A DNA stretch of 41,019 nt. Source: Xanthobacteraceae bacterium (GTDB lineage: Bacteria; Pseudomonadota; Alphaproteobacteria; Rhizobiales; Xanthobacteraceae). The notes beneath the pieces were generated by a model. That model saw nothing but the letters and a program-made list of their open reading frames with translations. It did no database searches and was not told where the DNA came from. Positions 17,403-27,837 of the stretch are shown piece by piece. The DNA is taken from contig DASZCJ010000050.1 of the NCBI GenBank assembly GCA_035943155.1, forward strand, positions 1-41,019. The letters are read 5' to 3'. A program made the position numbers and the translations under genes. Every line of letters begins with the position of its first letter. Position 1 is the stretch's first letter.

Positions 17403-18235
17403 AGCTCGAATTCCTTCTCCAAATCGGCGAGGTCGACGTTCTGACCTTCCATGCGCGGCTGATACGGCCGGCGCTCGCCGCGATAGAGGATACCGATATT
17501 GAAACCGTCGTCGGTCATGATGCGGCGCGCCGCCTTGGCTGGGTCGCTGGTGGCGGCGACCGGAGCCGCATGAACGAGGCTCTTCCATTCCCTTTCGTCA
17601 GGTCGGAATGTGACGCAGGGACTGAGAATTTCCACAAACGAAAAGCCGGGATGGCGGATGGCTTCAACGAGAATACTCGCCGTCTCGTTCGGCGCGCCCG
17701 AGAAGGCGCGGGCGACGAAATTGGCTCCGGATGCGAGCGCGATCACCAACGGATGAAAGGGGCTCAGCCCGGTGCCGCCGGGCGACAATGCGGTATCGAA
17801 ATCGGGCTCCGTGGTCGGCGAGGGCTGACCTTTGGTCATGCCGTAGACTCGGTTGTCCATCACGACGTAAGTCATGTCGATGTTGCGGCGGCAGGCGTGT
17901 AGAAAATGGTTTCCGCCGATCGAATAACCGTCGCCGTCGCCGCTCGCCACGACGACCGTCAGGTCGGGGCGCGTCACTTTCAGCCCGGTGGCGAGTGCCA
18001 GCGATCGGCCATGCACGCCGTGGAAGCCATAGCACGTCGTGTACGCCGGAATGCGCGACGAGCACCCGATGCCCGACACGACGACGATATTTTCCGGGGC
18101 CAGCCCCAGCGCGGCGAAAGCCCGCGTAAACGACATCAGCACGTGATAATCGCCGCAACCTGGACACCAGATTGGATTGACCTCCGATTTATAGTCGGCA
18201 GGCTTGTAGCTTGAACGTAGTTCGATCACTGACAT
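17399..18235 (-). CDS. korB: 2-oxoacid:ferredoxin oxidoreductase beta (TPP-binding) subunit
   Basis: ORF 17399..18571 trimmed to ATG 18235 (MSVIELRSSYKP), which shares one nt with the korA stop (TGATG). CPGCGDY motif and TPP motif GDGDGYSIGGNHFLHACRRNIDMTYVVMDNRVYGMTKGQ. 278 aa. Confidence 0.85.
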   Translation of the reverse strand: MSVIELRSSYKPADYKSEVNPIWCPGCGDYHVLMSFTRAFAALGLAPENIVVVSGIGCSSRIPAYTTCYGFHGVHGRSLALATGLKVTRPDLTVVVASGDGDGYSIGGNHFLHACRRNIDMTYVVMDNRVYGMTKGQPSPTTEPDFDTALSPGGTGLSPFHPLVIALASGANFVARAFSGAPNETASILVEAIRHPGFSFVEILSPCVTFRPDEREWKSLVHAAPVAATSDPAKAARRIMTDDGFNIGILYRGERRPYQPRMEGQNVDLADLEKEFEL

Positions 18236-19956
18236 CAAGAACTCCATCGCATGATGGCTTGCTCGATCTCGCTCGGCCTGATCGGCAGTGGGCCCGGTCG
18301 GTTGAGCACGCGGACATCCTCCGGCAGGTCGTAATGGGCGCGCAGGTACCGATGAAATTGCGCGCCATGCGATTGCTCGACGACAAGGATATGCTTCACG
18401 CCGTCGAGCGCAGCTGCGAATCGCTCGGGCTGGATTGGCAACAGCAAACGCGGAGCGACAAGGCGAACGCCAATCCGGTCGCGCACGCGCGCGACCGCTT
18501 CGCGTGCGGCGCCAGTGAGTGAACCCCACGCGATGACCGCGAACTCGCCATTGCCCTCGACGGTTGCCCAATGGTCGCCGTAGGTGAACTGGTCGAGCTT
18601 GGCGCGCCGCTTATCGAGTTGGGCGCGATGATCGTCCTCACTGCTGGTGGGGGTTCCAAGTTCGTTGTGGGTAAGACCATCGGCGGTATATTGGCCGCCG
18701 CGCAGACCCGGGATTGCCATTGGCGAGACCCCGCTTCCCGTGACGGCGTACCGCTTGTAGGCGCTGACATTCTCGGCCGGCTTTGTGCGTTGGCCGATGA
18801 AGGCGATGTCGGCGAGCCGGTCGATAGCTGCTACCGTTTGCCCGATGAATTGATCGGACAGCACGACCGCGGGCGCCTGCAGCGTCTCAGCGAGGTGAAC
18901 GGCCCATTGGGTCGTAAACAGGCAATCGCCGACCGACTGGGGCGCCAGCACGAGATGAGGGGCGTCGCCGTGAAGTCCGTAGACGGCGATGTTGAGGTCG
19001 GCTTGCTCGGATTTAGTCGGTATGCCTGTCGATGGGCCGGCACGCATCACGTCGATTACGACGATCGGGATCTCGCTCGCGGTGGCAAGCCCCAACGCTT
19101 CCATCATCAAAGACAGGCCTGGGCCGGAGGTTGCAGTCAAGGCGGGCGTTCCGCCATATGACGCACCGATGATCATATTAATGGCAGCCAGTTCATCCTC
19201 GGCCTGTAACAGCACTCCGCCCACCTTGGGGAGATTAGGTGCGAGCCATTCGAGAATTTCCGACGCCGGCGTGATCGGGTAGGCGGCGGCAAAGCGCACG
19301 CCGCCGCGGATCGCTCCGAGCCCGGTCATCTCGTTGCCGGACACGAGCCACCGTTTGGCGCTGCCTGTTGGCTTCGCCACCGCCAGCTGCAGGCCGAGAT
19401 CGAGATCGGCGGCAGCGGCCATGCCCGCTTTCAGCCCGGCACGACTCGCCCCGACTGCGGCCGCACCTTTGTCGGCCAGCCGCTTCTCTATCACCGGCGT
19501 GAAAATGTCCTCGGCTAGCCCGAGCAGGCCGGCAGCAATGCCGAGCGCGATCATATTCGGGCGCCCGCCGGGAATGGCTTTCGCCATTTCCTTGATCGGG
19601 ACCTCTACCACGCGCGCGCCGGTGCGGGTGACCACGGGTGGCAAGTCGCCGCCTCGCGGGTCGCTGACCACCAGGCTATGCGGCGCGGCCTCGATTTCGG
19701 CGCTGAAGCGATGAGCGTTGAGCCAATCGATGCCGATGACCAGATCGAAGTGTTCCGGTAGGCATTCGACCGGACTGCACGCCAAACGTACCAACGCCGC
19801 GGCTTCCCCACCACGGATCTGCGGCCCCACGGTCCGCGTCAGCAATCCACGCCATCCCGCCGCGCATGCCGCTTCAAGTAGCAAATTGCCGGCAGTGAGC
19901 GCACCAGCGCCGCCGCTGCCGAGGATAGCGATCGAAATGCTGTCTGCCGCCGGCAT
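18235..19956 (-). CDS. korA: 2-oxoacid:ferredoxin oxidoreductase alpha subunit with fused N-terminal gamma domain
   Basis: 573 aa. Gamma-like N-terminus ILGSGGAGALTAGNLLLEAACAAGW...GPQIRGGEA, then alpha domain GNEMTGLGAIRGGVRFAAAYPITPASEILEWL. No delta/ferredoxin domain. The two-subunit layout matches KorAB of Thauera aromatica. Confidence 0.85.
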   Translation of the reverse strand: MPAADSISIAILGSGGAGALTAGNLLLEAACAAGWRGLLTRTVGPQIRGGEAAALVRLACSPVECLPEHFDLVIGIDWLNAHRFSAEIEAAPHSLVVSDPRGGDLPPVVTRTGARVVEVPIKEMAKAIPGGRPNMIALGIAAGLLGLAEDIFTPVIEKRLADKGAAAVGASRAGLKAGMAAAADLDLGLQLAVAKPTGSAKRWLVSGNEMTGLGAIRGGVRFAAAYPITPASEILEWLAPNLPKVGGVLLQAEDELAAINMIIGASYGGTPALTATSGPGLSLMMEALGLATASEIPIVVIDVMRAGPSTGIPTKSEQADLNIAVYGLHGDAPHLVLAPQSVGDCLFTTQWAVHLAETLQAPAVVLSDQFIGQTVAAIDRLADIAFIGQRTKPAENVSAYKRYAVTGSGVSPMAIPGLRGGQYTADGLTHNELGTPTSSEDDHRAQLDKRRAKLDQFTYGDHWATVEGNGEFAVIAWGSLTGAAREAVARVRDRIGVRLVAPRLLLPIQPERFAAALDGVKHILVVEQSHGAQFHRYLRAHYDLPEDVRVLNRPGPLPIRPSEIEQAIMRWSS

Positions 19957-20010
19957 GCGGGCGTCTCCAGCTGAATAATGTCATTAGACGCGATAATTGC
20001 CGGGGCTGTT

Positions 20011-20024
20011 TTGATTCATATCAA
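20011..20024. promoter_or_regulatory. Perfect FNR/FixK/AadR-type palindrome TTGATTCATATCAA in the korA/had divergent region
   Basis: Centre 61.5 nt upstream of korA ATG 19956. On the korA strand a TCTAAT hexamer (19983-19988) starts exactly 22 nt after the box, where a class II -10 element is expected. On the had side, TACAAT is at 20042-20047. Confidence 0.6.
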
Positions 20025-20141
20025 GCATTCATGCCTGCATTTACAATAGGTATTAAGTCTCGGGATTTGTCCTGAGTTAAAGCGACGGCCGTAGCGTCAT
20101 GACTAATGTTCAGGACGCTGACGAGCGTACGGAGAGAGACA

Positions 20142-21209
20142 ATGAATGCAGCGGTCCGATGGTTGATGACTAGCCCGGGCGCGCCGCTCGTCAGCGCCGA
20201 ATTCAACCCGTCCCCAGGACCTGGCGACGTGGTCGTGGAAATTGCCGGGTGCGGCGTCTGCCACACCGATCTCGGTTACTACTACGATGGGGTCCGCACC
20301 AAGCATGACCTGCCGCTGACGCTCGGACACGAGATCAGCGGTCGTGTCGTTGATACCGGATCGGATGCCGTCTGGTGGACGAACCGCGCCGTCATTGTCC
20401 CCGCCGTGATCCCCTGCGGTACCTGTGACGCCTGTCGCCGCGGTAAGTCGACCATTTGCCCCAATCAGAAGATGCCGGGCAACGATATCCACGGCGGATT
20501 CGCGACGCACATCGTGGTCCCGGCGCGCGGTTTGTGCGCAGTCGATGAGGCGCTGCTCAAGAGCGTCGGCATCGAGCTTGCCGATGTCTCGGTGATCGCC
20601 GATGCCGTAACGACCCCCTACCAGGCGGTGGTGCAGGGGGGCGTCCGTGAGGGAGACCTGGTCGTCGTCAACGGCGTCGGCGGGGTCGGCGGTTACGCGG
20701 TTCAGATCGCCAATGCATTCGGCGGCAAGGTCGTCGCCATCGACGTCAACCCAGATCGGCTCGCAGCGATCGGCCAGCAGGGCGCGGCGCTCACTCTGGA
20801 CGCGCGGCAGCTCAATAGCCGCGACCTCAAGTCGAAGATCCAGGCGTTCGCCAAGCAGAACGGGCTACGCCAGTCCGAATGGATCATCTTCGAATGCTCG
20901 GGCACGCGCGTCGGGCAGGAAACCGCCTTCAGCCTGATCAACCACGGCGCCACTTTGTGCGTGGTCGGCTTTACCATGGACAAGGTCGAGGTCCGGCTTT
21001 CGAACCTCATGGCTTACCACGCGCGCGCACTTGGCAACTGGGGATGCCCGCCGGAGCTCTACCCAGCGGCATTAGACATGGTTTTGACCGGTCGCGTGAA
21101 GGTCACGCCGTTTGTGGAGAAGCACCCGCTCGACGAGATCAACCGAATTTTCGAGGCGGTCCATCACGGCGAGCTCAAACGCCGGGCGGTGCTTGTCCCA
21201 ACCCATTGA
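20142..21209 (+). CDS. had: 6-hydroxycyclohex-1-ene-1-carbonyl-CoA dehydrogenase (Zn-dependent MDR/ADH family)
   Basis: ORF 20106..21209 trimmed to ATG 20142 (GGAGAGAG RBS). Zn-ADH motifs [15 protein letters not shown], structural-Zn Cys cluster [18 protein letters not shown] fold [15 protein letters not shown]. The functional call comes from its position directly upstream of oah-dch-bcrCBAD. Confidence 0.7.
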   Translation: MNAAVRWLMTSPGAPLVSAEFNPSPGPGDVVVEIAGCGVCHTDLGYYYDGVRTKHDLPLTLGHEISGRVVDTGSDAVWWTNRAVIVPAVIPCGTCDACRRGKSTICPNQKMPGNDIHGGFATHIVVPARGLCAVDEALLKSVGIELADVSVIADAVTTPYQAVVQGGVREGDLVVVNGVGGVGGYAVQIANAFGGKVVAIDVNPDRLAAIGQQGAALTLDARQLNSRDLKSKIQAFAKQNGLRQSEWIIFECSGTRVGQETAFSLINHGATLCVVGFTMDKVEVRLSNLMAYHARALGNWGCPPELYPAALDMVLTGRVKVTPFVEKHPLDEINRIFEAVHHGELKRRAVLVPTH

Positions 21210-21220
21210 GGAGTTAAATC

Positions 21221-22372
21221 ATGAGTGCCGAAGCCGTCTACGCCACCGCCAGTTCTCGCAGCGAGCCGAAGGAACACATGCTCGTTCCCGAGCATGTTCG
21301 CAAAGCGGCGAGCAAGGGCGTCATTTATGAAAAGCGCCCGGTCAAGGATACCGCCGGCAAGCCGGTCGCCGGCCTTTTCAACGTCTGGATCACGCTCGAC
21401 AATCCGACGCAGTTCAATTCCTACACGACCGACATGGTAAAGGGCGTGATCCTCGCTTTTCGCGAGGCGAGCGCCGCACGCGATGTTGTCGCCGTCGTGT
21501 TCACCGGCTCTGGCGACAAGGCATTCTGCACCGGCGGCAACACCAAAGAATATGCCGAATATTACGCCGGCAACCCGCAGGAATATCGCGGCTATATGCG
21601 GCTCTTCAACGACATGGTGTCGGCGATCCTTGCCTGTGACAAGCCAGTGATTTGTCGTGTGAACGGCATACGTATCGGCGGCGGCCAGGAAATCGGCATG
21701 GCCTGCGACTTTTCAATCGCCCAGGACCTCGCGCGATTCGGCCAGGCGGGACCCAAGCACGGCTCGGCGCCGATTGGCGGTGCGACCGACTTCCTCCCCG
21801 TGGTCATCGGCGCCGAGCGTGCGATGGTGGCGTGCGTGCTGTGCGAGCCGTTTTCTGCGCACGAGGCGTATTTCATGGGCGTAATCACGGACGTGGTGCC
21901 GGCGCTCAAGGTAGACGGCAAGTACACTGCCAACCCGCTGGTGGAGACGAGCCGTATCACGGACGAGCACGGACGATTCGTATTCGGTAAGCCGAAGACC
22001 GGCGATGCGCTGAAAGTCGGGCAGGAGCTGATGAAGCGCGGCACCGTCGATCTTAGCGGTCTCGACGACAAGATCGAATCGCTGTGCACCAAGCTGCTCT
22101 ATACCTTCCCAGACTGTACCACCAAGACGATCGAGGAACTGCGCAAGCCGAAGCTCGATGCGTGGAACCGCAACAAGGAGAACTCGCGTGCTTGGCTCGC
22201 GCTCAACATGATGACCGAAGCGCGCGCCGGCTTTCGCGCCTTTAACGAAGGCACGCGCGAGAGCGGCCGCGAGGTTGACTTCATCGGTCTGCGGCGAGCA
22301 CTCGCCGCCAACACGCCATGGAGCGACGAGCTGACGGAAAGCATCATGCCGAGGGCGAGAACGACGTCATGA
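21221..22372 (+). CDS. oah: 6-oxocyclohex-1-ene-1-carbonyl-CoA hydrolase (ring-cleaving crotonase, Oah/BamA type)
   Basis: 383 aa, unusually long for a crotonase, as Oah/BamA is. Motifs FCTGGNTKEYAEYY, IGGGQEIGMACDFSIA, GPKHGSAPIGGATDFLP. GAGGAG RBS. Confidence 0.8.
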   Translation: MSAEAVYATASSRSEPKEHMLVPEHVRKAASKGVIYEKRPVKDTAGKPVAGLFNVWITLDNPTQFNSYTTDMVKGVILAFREASAARDVVAVVFTGSGDKAFCTGGNTKEYAEYYAGNPQEYRGYMRLFNDMVSAILACDKPVICRVNGIRIGGGQEIGMACDFSIAQDLARFGQAGPKHGSAPIGGATDFLPVVIGAERAMVACVLCEPFSAHEAYFMGVITDVVPALKVDGKYTANPLVETSRITDEHGRFVFGKPKTGDALKVGQELMKRGTVDLSGLDDKIESLCTKLLYTFPDCTTKTIEELRKPKLDAWNRNKENSRAWLALNMMTEARAGFRAFNEGTRESGREVDFIGLRRALAANTPWSDELTESIMPRARTTS

Positions 22373-23136
22373 CCGCAGGGCTCAAAGTCTGGTTCGACGC
22401 GGAAGGGCGGCTGTTGCGCCTGACATTGAGCCGGCCGAAAGCAAATCTGATTGATACCGCCATGATTGCGGCGCTGGACAAGGCGTTGTCTGAACATTTG
22501 GCAAACCCTGGTGTAAGTGCCGTGGTGCTCGATGCGGACGGTCCGCATTTCAGCTTCGGCGCCAGTGTCGAGGAGCACCTGCCGGCGCAGTGCGCCGCGA
22601 TGCTTCGCGATATTCACGGCTTGATCCTGCGCATGGTGGAAGCGCCGGTTCCCATTCTGGTTGCGGTTCGCGGACAATGTCTCGGCGGTGGGCTCGAAGT
22701 CGCGCTTGCGGGCCATCTTCTGTTCGTCACGGCTGATGCGACCCTCGCTCAACCGGAGCTGAAGCTTGGTGTGTTCGCTCCCGCCGCGTCCTGCCTGTTG
22801 CCGGAACTGATCGGTCCGCAACGCGCGTTTGACCTGCTCGTGTCCGGCCGCAGCGTCACAGGCGCACAAGCCGTCGCCATGGGGCTTGCGCACGAAGCGG
22901 CATCCGATCCGACGCGCGCGGCAATCACCTATTTCGATGAGCACCTCAAGACCAAGAGCGGCAGCTCGCTGCGTCACGCCGTCAAGGCCGCGCGCCTCGA
23001 CTACATCGCGCGCGTGAAGGCCAAGCTTACGGCCGTCGAACGGCTCTATCTCGACGGATTGATGACGACGCACGATGCAGTGGAAGGCCTCGAAGCTTTT
23101 ATCGCCAAGAGGGCGGCACAATGGAAGCATCGCTGA
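22369..23136 (+). CDS. dch: Cyclohexa-1,5-diene-1-carbonyl-CoA hydratase (crotonase family)
   Basis: ORF 22318..23136 trimmed to ATG 22369, which overlaps the oah stop (ATGA). 255 aa. Motifs SFGASVEEH, GQCLGGGLEVALAGHLLF, PELKLGVFAPAAS. The substrate call is contextual. Confidence 0.7.
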   Translation: MTAGLKVWFDAEGRLLRLTLSRPKANLIDTAMIAALDKALSEHLANPGVSAVVLDADGPHFSFGASVEEHLPAQCAAMLRDIHGLILRMVEAPVPILVAVRGQCLGGGLEVALAGHLLFVTADATLAQPELKLGVFAPAASCLLPELIGPQRAFDLLVSGRSVTGAQAVAMGLAHEAASDPTRAAITYFDEHLKTKSGSSLRHAVKAARLDYIARVKAKLTAVERLYLDGLMTTHDAVEGLEAFIAKRAAQWKHR

Positions 23137-24308
23137 AGAAATCGGCCGCGGCCGACATCGTCGCTCGCGCCAATGCGCTGTTCGAGGATCTGTCGTTCAC
23201 CGCCGCGCGCGAGTGGAAAACAGCAGTACCCGGCCGCAAGGTGGTCGGCTACATGCCGATCTACGTGCCGCGCGAACTCATCCACGCCGGCGACATGCTG
23301 CCTCTCGGCATCCTCGGTGGCGGCGATCAGCTCGAAGTTATCCACGGTGACGCCTACTACCAGAGCTACATCTGTCGCATCCCGCGTTCGACCATCGAGC
23401 TGGGAGTTTCCGGCCGGCTGGATTTTGTCGATGGCATGCTGTTTCCCTCGATCTGCGACGTGATCCGGAATTTGTCGGGCATGTGGAAGATGCTGTTTCC
23501 CAACGTCTACGTCCGCTATTTCGACGTGCCGCAGAACTATCGCGACGACATCGGTGGCAATTACTACGTCAACGAGCTGGCCGAGCTGCGGCACGACCTT
23601 GCCGAGCTGCGCGGCAAGCCAATCACCGACGACGAATTGCGCAACTCGATCGCGCTCTACAACGAGAACCGTCGGCTGGTTCGCGAGCTCTATGCCTTCC
23701 GCGCGGAAAAGCCGTGGCAGGTCCCGGCGGCGGAAGCCTACCTGGTGCTGCGCGCCGGCATGGTGCTGCCAGCCGAGGAACATTCGGCGATGCTGCGCGA
23801 CTATCTTGCCGCCGCCCGCGCCGAGGAGCGTCCGCGCCGCGACAATTGCCGCGTCGTCGTCACCGGCGCGTTCTGCGAGCAGCCGCCGCTCAATCTAATC
23901 AAGTCGCTCGAGCTTTCCGGCTGCTACGTCGTCGACGACGACCTGCTCTTGGTCACGCGCTGGCTCACGGCCGATACCTCGATCGAAGGGGATCCGCTGC
24001 ACAACCTCGCCAGTGCGTTTCTGCATCAGTCCGAATCGACGGCGGCCAAATACGAGCCGGACCTGAAGGAGAAGGGCCAGCATCTCGTGCGCGCGGTCAG
24101 GCGATCCGGCGCCGAAGGCGTGATCTTCGCCGCGCCGAGCTTCTGCGATCCGGCGCTGCTCGAGCGGCCGATGCTGCAACACGTGCTCAAGGATGCCGGC
24201 ATTCCCTACATCGCTTTCAAATACGCCGAAAATTCCGGGCAGATGCAGCCGATCCGCGAGCAGGCCGGGACGTTTTCCGATTCGATCAAACTATGGAGCG
24301 GGACATGA
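23121..24308 (+). CDS. bcrC: Benzoyl-CoA reductase subunit C (BadD equivalent)
   Basis: 395 aa, HgdB/BcrC-family core. AGAGGG RBS, 16-nt overlap with dch, followed by bcrB-bcrA-bcrD in the canonical Thauera order. Confidence 0.85.
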   Translation: MEASLKKSAAADIVARANALFEDLSFTAAREWKTAVPGRKVVGYMPIYVPRELIHAGDMLPLGILGGGDQLEVIHGDAYYQSYICRIPRSTIELGVSGRLDFVDGMLFPSICDVIRNLSGMWKMLFPNVYVRYFDVPQNYRDDIGGNYYVNELAELRHDLAELRGKPITDDELRNSIALYNENRRLVRELYAFRAEKPWQVPAAEAYLVLRAGMVLPAEEHSAMLRDYLAAARAEERPRRDNCRVVVTGAFCEQPPLNLIKSLELSGCYVVDDDLLLVTRWLTADTSIEGDPLHNLASAFLHQSESTAAKYEPDLKEKGQHLVRAVRRSGAEGVIFAAPSFCDPALLERPMLQHVLKDAGIPYIAFKYAENSGQMQPIREQAGTFSDSIKLWSGT

Positions 24309-25621
24309 CAACCACATTCGTCACCCCGAAGGCTGCGGCGGCCAAGAAGATTGTCAAGGATGCCTCCATGGTGAAGCAGAAGGAGATGATGGCCGGCCAT
24401 TATGATCGGCTCACCAGCGCGCCGCAGACCGGCGAGCAGGTTGCGTCTACTTTCGTGCCCGGCAATCTCAACGAGCTGCTCATGTGTTTCGGCCTTGTCA
24501 ACAATCTGCCCGAGGTCAACGCCATTCAAAACGGACTGCGGCGCACGAGCGGCGCCTTCGTGCTTGAAGCCGAAAAGATCGGCCACTCGGAGGACGTCTG
24601 CACTTACGTGAAATCGGACATTGGCATGATGTCGAAAGGCAACATCGCGCCGAACGGCAAGAAATTCCCCGATCCCAACGTGCTGCTGCTGTCCTATACC
24701 GGCTGCTTCACCTTCATGAAGTGGTTCGAGCTGCTGCGCGAGCAATACAAGTGCGAGACGATCATGCTGCACACGCCCTACATGGGCGACGGCAAGATCA
24801 CCAAGAACATGACCGAGTACATGGTAAAGCAGCTCAAGGATGAGGTGATCCCCAAGCTCGAACGCGTCTCCGGCGTGAAGTTCGACATCGACCGCTTGCG
24901 CGAATATCTGAAGAAGTCGGTGAAAGCGGAGGACGATCTCGTTCGCGTGCTGCAAAGCGCGAAGAACAAGCCCTCGCCGATCGACGCCTATTTTGGCGCC
25001 ATCTATTACATCGGTCCGATCTTCGGCGCCTTCCGCGGCACCGATGACGCCATCGAATATTACAAGTTCCTGCTCGCCGAAGTAGAAGACCGCCTCGCCC
25101 ACGGCCAGGGGCCGGTCACGCCCGACGGCGACATGGGCAAGGAGAAATATCGCCTGGTCGTCGAAGGTCCGCCAAACTACACAAGCTTCCGCCAGTTCTG
25201 GAAAATGTTCTACGACGAAGGCGCGGTGGTCGTCGCCTCGAGCTATAGCAAGGTCGGCGGGGTGTACGATCTGGGCTTCCGCCACGATCCCGATAAACCG
25301 CTGGAGACGCTGGCCGAATACTGCCTCGGCGTCTATACCAACCGCAGCCTGCCGATGCGCATCGATATGCTGTCGAATTATATTAACGAGTACGATGCCG
25401 ACGGCCTGCTGATCAATTCGATCAAAAGCTGCAACAGCTTCTCCGCCGGTCAGCTCCTGATGATGCGCGAGATCGAGAAGCGTACCGGCAAGCCGGCGGC
25501 CTTTATCGAATCCGATCTCGTCGATCCGCGCTACTTCTCGGCTGCCAACATCAAGAACCGGCTGGAGAGCTATTTCCAAATGATCGAGCAGAAGCGAGCA
25601 GGCGCGCTTGCGGCGGCCTGA
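24305..25621 (+). CDS. bcrB: Benzoyl-CoA reductase subunit B (BadE equivalent)
   Basis: ORF 23483..25621 has a long out-of-frame overlap with bcrC. True start is ATG 24305 (ATGA overlap with the bcrC stop, GGAG upstream); ATG 24293 is an alternative. 438 aa. Confidence 0.85.
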   Translation: MTTTFVTPKAAAAKKIVKDASMVKQKEMMAGHYDRLTSAPQTGEQVASTFVPGNLNELLMCFGLVNNLPEVNAIQNGLRRTSGAFVLEAEKIGHSEDVCTYVKSDIGMMSKGNIAPNGKKFPDPNVLLLSYTGCFTFMKWFELLREQYKCETIMLHTPYMGDGKITKNMTEYMVKQLKDEVIPKLERVSGVKFDIDRLREYLKKSVKAEDDLVRVLQSAKNKPSPIDAYFGAIYYIGPIFGAFRGTDDAIEYYKFLLAEVEDRLAHGQGPVTPDGDMGKEKYRLVVEGPPNYTSFRQFWKMFYDEGAVVVASSYSKVGGVYDLGFRHDPDKPLETLAEYCLGVYTNRSLPMRIDMLSNYINEYDADGLLINSIKSCNSFSAGQLLMMREIEKRTGKPAAFIESDLVDPRYFSAANIKNRLESYFQMIEQKRAGALAAA

Positions 25622-25644
25622 AGCACAGATCCGGAGACGCAACG

Positions 25645-26979
25645 ATGAAGACCTTTGTCGGAATCGATCTCGGATCGACCACCACCAAGGCGGTTCTGCT
25701 CGATGAGAACTGCGACGTCATCGGCCGTGGCATCACCAACTCCCGCTCGAATTACGCCACGGCGGCTCGCGTGGCGAGCGAAGAGGCGCGCATCGACGGC
25801 CGCTTCACGCTGTTTCGCCGCGCACTGAATACCGGAGGCGGCAACAGCGGCGAGCTCGACGAATTCCTCGACGCGCTCCATCGTTCCTTCCGCCTCGTGC
25901 AGTTCAGCGAACAGCTCGACGATCTCGAGGAAACCTGCCGCGGGCAGGTCAAGGGCGAGCGTTTTGCCAAGGTCGAAATCGAGGTCAAGGACGCCATCGG
26001 CGAGGTGTTCAAGCTTCTACGCGAAGAAGCGCCGTCGCTCTACGCGCCCGGCGCCAAGCGCAAGTCGGACTTTTTCCGCGACATTGCCGGCTCGCGCTAC
26101 CACGTCCATGCCGAGGAAATCGCCCGCGCGGCGCGGTTGCCTTACGAACTGCTGCTCAACGTCTACGACAAGTCGATCATCGACGTAGAGAACCGGCCGC
26201 CATCGGGTGGCCTGAGTGAGAAATTCCGCCGCGCCCTCGCCCGCGTCATCGCCGCAGACGGTGCGGTCAAGACCGGATCGAGCGACGTGCCGAAGACGAT
26301 CGAAGCCACACTCGACATCGATCTGGAGGAAACCTACCTCGTCGGCACCGGCTATGGACGGGTGACGCTGCCGTTTTCCAAGGAGCACATTCGCTCAGAA
26401 ATTCTTTGTCATGGGCTGGGCGCCCACATGATGTATCCCAAGACCCGCACGGTGCTCGACATCGGCGGCCAGGACACCAAAGGCATCCAGGTCGACGCCA
26501 AGGGCATCGTCGAGAACTTCCAGATGAACGACCGATGCGCGGCGGGCTGCGGACGCTATCTCGGCTACATCGCCGACGAGATGAACATGGGTCTGCACGA
26601 GCTTGGTCCCATGGCCATGAAATCGGACCGTCCGGCCCGCATCAACTCGACCTGCACCGTTTTTGCCGGCGCCGAGCTGCGCGATCGCCTGTCGCTGGGC
26701 GAGAAGCGCGAGGACATTCTGGCGGGATTGCACCGCGCTATCATCCTGCGCGCGATCTCGATCATCTCCCGTTCCGGCGGGGTGACCGAGGAGTTCACCT
26801 TCACCGGGGGCGTTGCCAAGAACGAAGCGGCCGTGCGCGAGCTGCGCAAGGTGATCAAGGAGAATTACGGCGACGTCACCATCAATATCAACCCGGACTC
26901 GATCTACACCGGCGCGCTCGGAGCGGCTGAGTTCGCACGGCGGGCGCATCACGGACAGACCGATGGGAGTGAAGCATGA
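25645..26979 (+). CDS. bcrA: Benzoyl-CoA reductase subunit A (ATP-binding, BadF equivalent)
   Basis: 444 aa. ASKHA/BcrAD-BadFG ATPase N-terminus [28 protein letters not shown], cluster-bridging region [12 protein letters not shown]. Confidence 0.9.
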   Translation: MKTFVGIDLGSTTTKAVLLDENCDVIGRGITNSRSNYATAARVASEEARIDGRFTLFRRALNTGGGNSGELDEFLDALHRSFRLVQFSEQLDDLEETCRGQVKGERFAKVEIEVKDAIGEVFKLLREEAPSLYAPGAKRKSDFFRDIAGSRYHVHAEEIARAARLPYELLLNVYDKSIIDVENRPPSGGLSEKFRRALARVIAADGAVKTGSSDVPKTIEATLDIDLEETYLVGTGYGRVTLPFSKEHIRSEILCHGLGAHMMYPKTRTVLDIGGQDTKGIQVDAKGIVENFQMNDRCAAGCGRYLGYIADEMNMGLHELGPMAMKSDRPARINSTCTVFAGAELRDRLSLGEKREDILAGLHRAIILRAISIISRSGGVTEEFTFTGGVAKNEAAVRELRKVIKENYGDVTININPDSIYTGALGAAEFARRAHHGQTDGSEA

Positions 26980-27821
26980 CGATCGCGGCGGGAATTGACG
27001 TCGGTACCTCTACCATCAAGGCGGCTTTGTTCACGGTGGAGAATGGACAGAGCACTTGGCTGTCGCGGTTTTCCATGCGCATCCGGCAACGCGACCCGAT
27101 GGAGCTCTCGCGCGTTGCCTTCGATCAGCTGCTCGAAGACGGAAAGGTGAATGAGAAAGACGTCGACTATGTTGCGTCGACCGGGGAAGGCGAAAGCATC
27201 CCCTTCCATACCGGCCACTTCTATTCGATGACGACGCATGGCCGCGGCGCCGTCTATCTCGATCCCGAAGCGCGCGCGGCGCTGGACGTAGGCGCGCTGC
27301 ACGGCCGTGCCATCAGCATCGATGAGCGTGGCAAAGTGCTGAGCTACAAGATGACGAGCCAGTGCGCCTCGGGCTCGGGACAGTTCCTAGAGAACATCGC
27401 ACGCTATCTCGGCATCGCCCAGGACGAGATCGGGGCGTTGTCGCGAAAGTCGGATAATCCCGAGGTGGTGTCCTCGATCTGCGCGGTGCTGGCCGAGACC
27501 GACGTGATCAACATGGTCTCGCGCGGCATCACCGCCCCCAACATTCTCAAAGGCATTCACCTATCGATGGCGACGCGGCTGTCGGCGCTCTTGAAATCGA
27601 TCCGCATGACGGACGGCGTCGTCATGATGACCGGCGGGCTTGCGCTCGACCAGGGCCTGGTCGCCGCACTGGCGGAAGATGTCGCCAAGATCAAGGACAT
27701 GAAGACGATCATCCGCAGCCATCCCGATTCGATCTATGCCGGCGCGATCGGGGCGGCGTTATGGGGCGCCTATCGATTCGATAAGCTCGCCGCGCTCGGC
27801 ACCGTGCCGAAGGCGGCCTGA
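26976..27821 (+). CDS. bcrD: Benzoyl-CoA reductase subunit D (ATP-binding, BadG equivalent)
   Basis: 281 aa. [33 protein letters not shown] overlap with the bcrA stop. Confidence 0.9.
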   Translation: MTIAAGIDVGTSTIKAALFTVENGQSTWLSRFSMRIRQRDPMELSRVAFDQLLEDGKVNEKDVDYVASTGEGESIPFHTGHFYSMTTHGRGAVYLDPEARAALDVGALHGRAISIDERGKVLSYKMTSQCASGSGQFLENIARYLGIAQDEIGALSRKSDNPEVVSSICAVLAETDVINMVSRGITAPNILKGIHLSMATRLSALLKSIRMTDGVVMMTGGLALDQGLVAALAEDVAKIKDMKTIIRSHPDSIYAGAIGAALWGAYRFDKLAALGTVPKAA

Positions 27822-27837
27822 CGCGAGGAGACGAGTT

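Noticed and set aside
22099-23130. 343-aa minus-strand ORF opposite oah/dch
   Set aside because: Shadow ORF spanning a gene junction on the other strand, with no motifs.
24206-25642. 478-aa minus-strand ORF opposite bcrB
   Set aside because: Shadow ORF. bcrB on the plus strand has strong family character and operon context. The antisense product is low-complexity.
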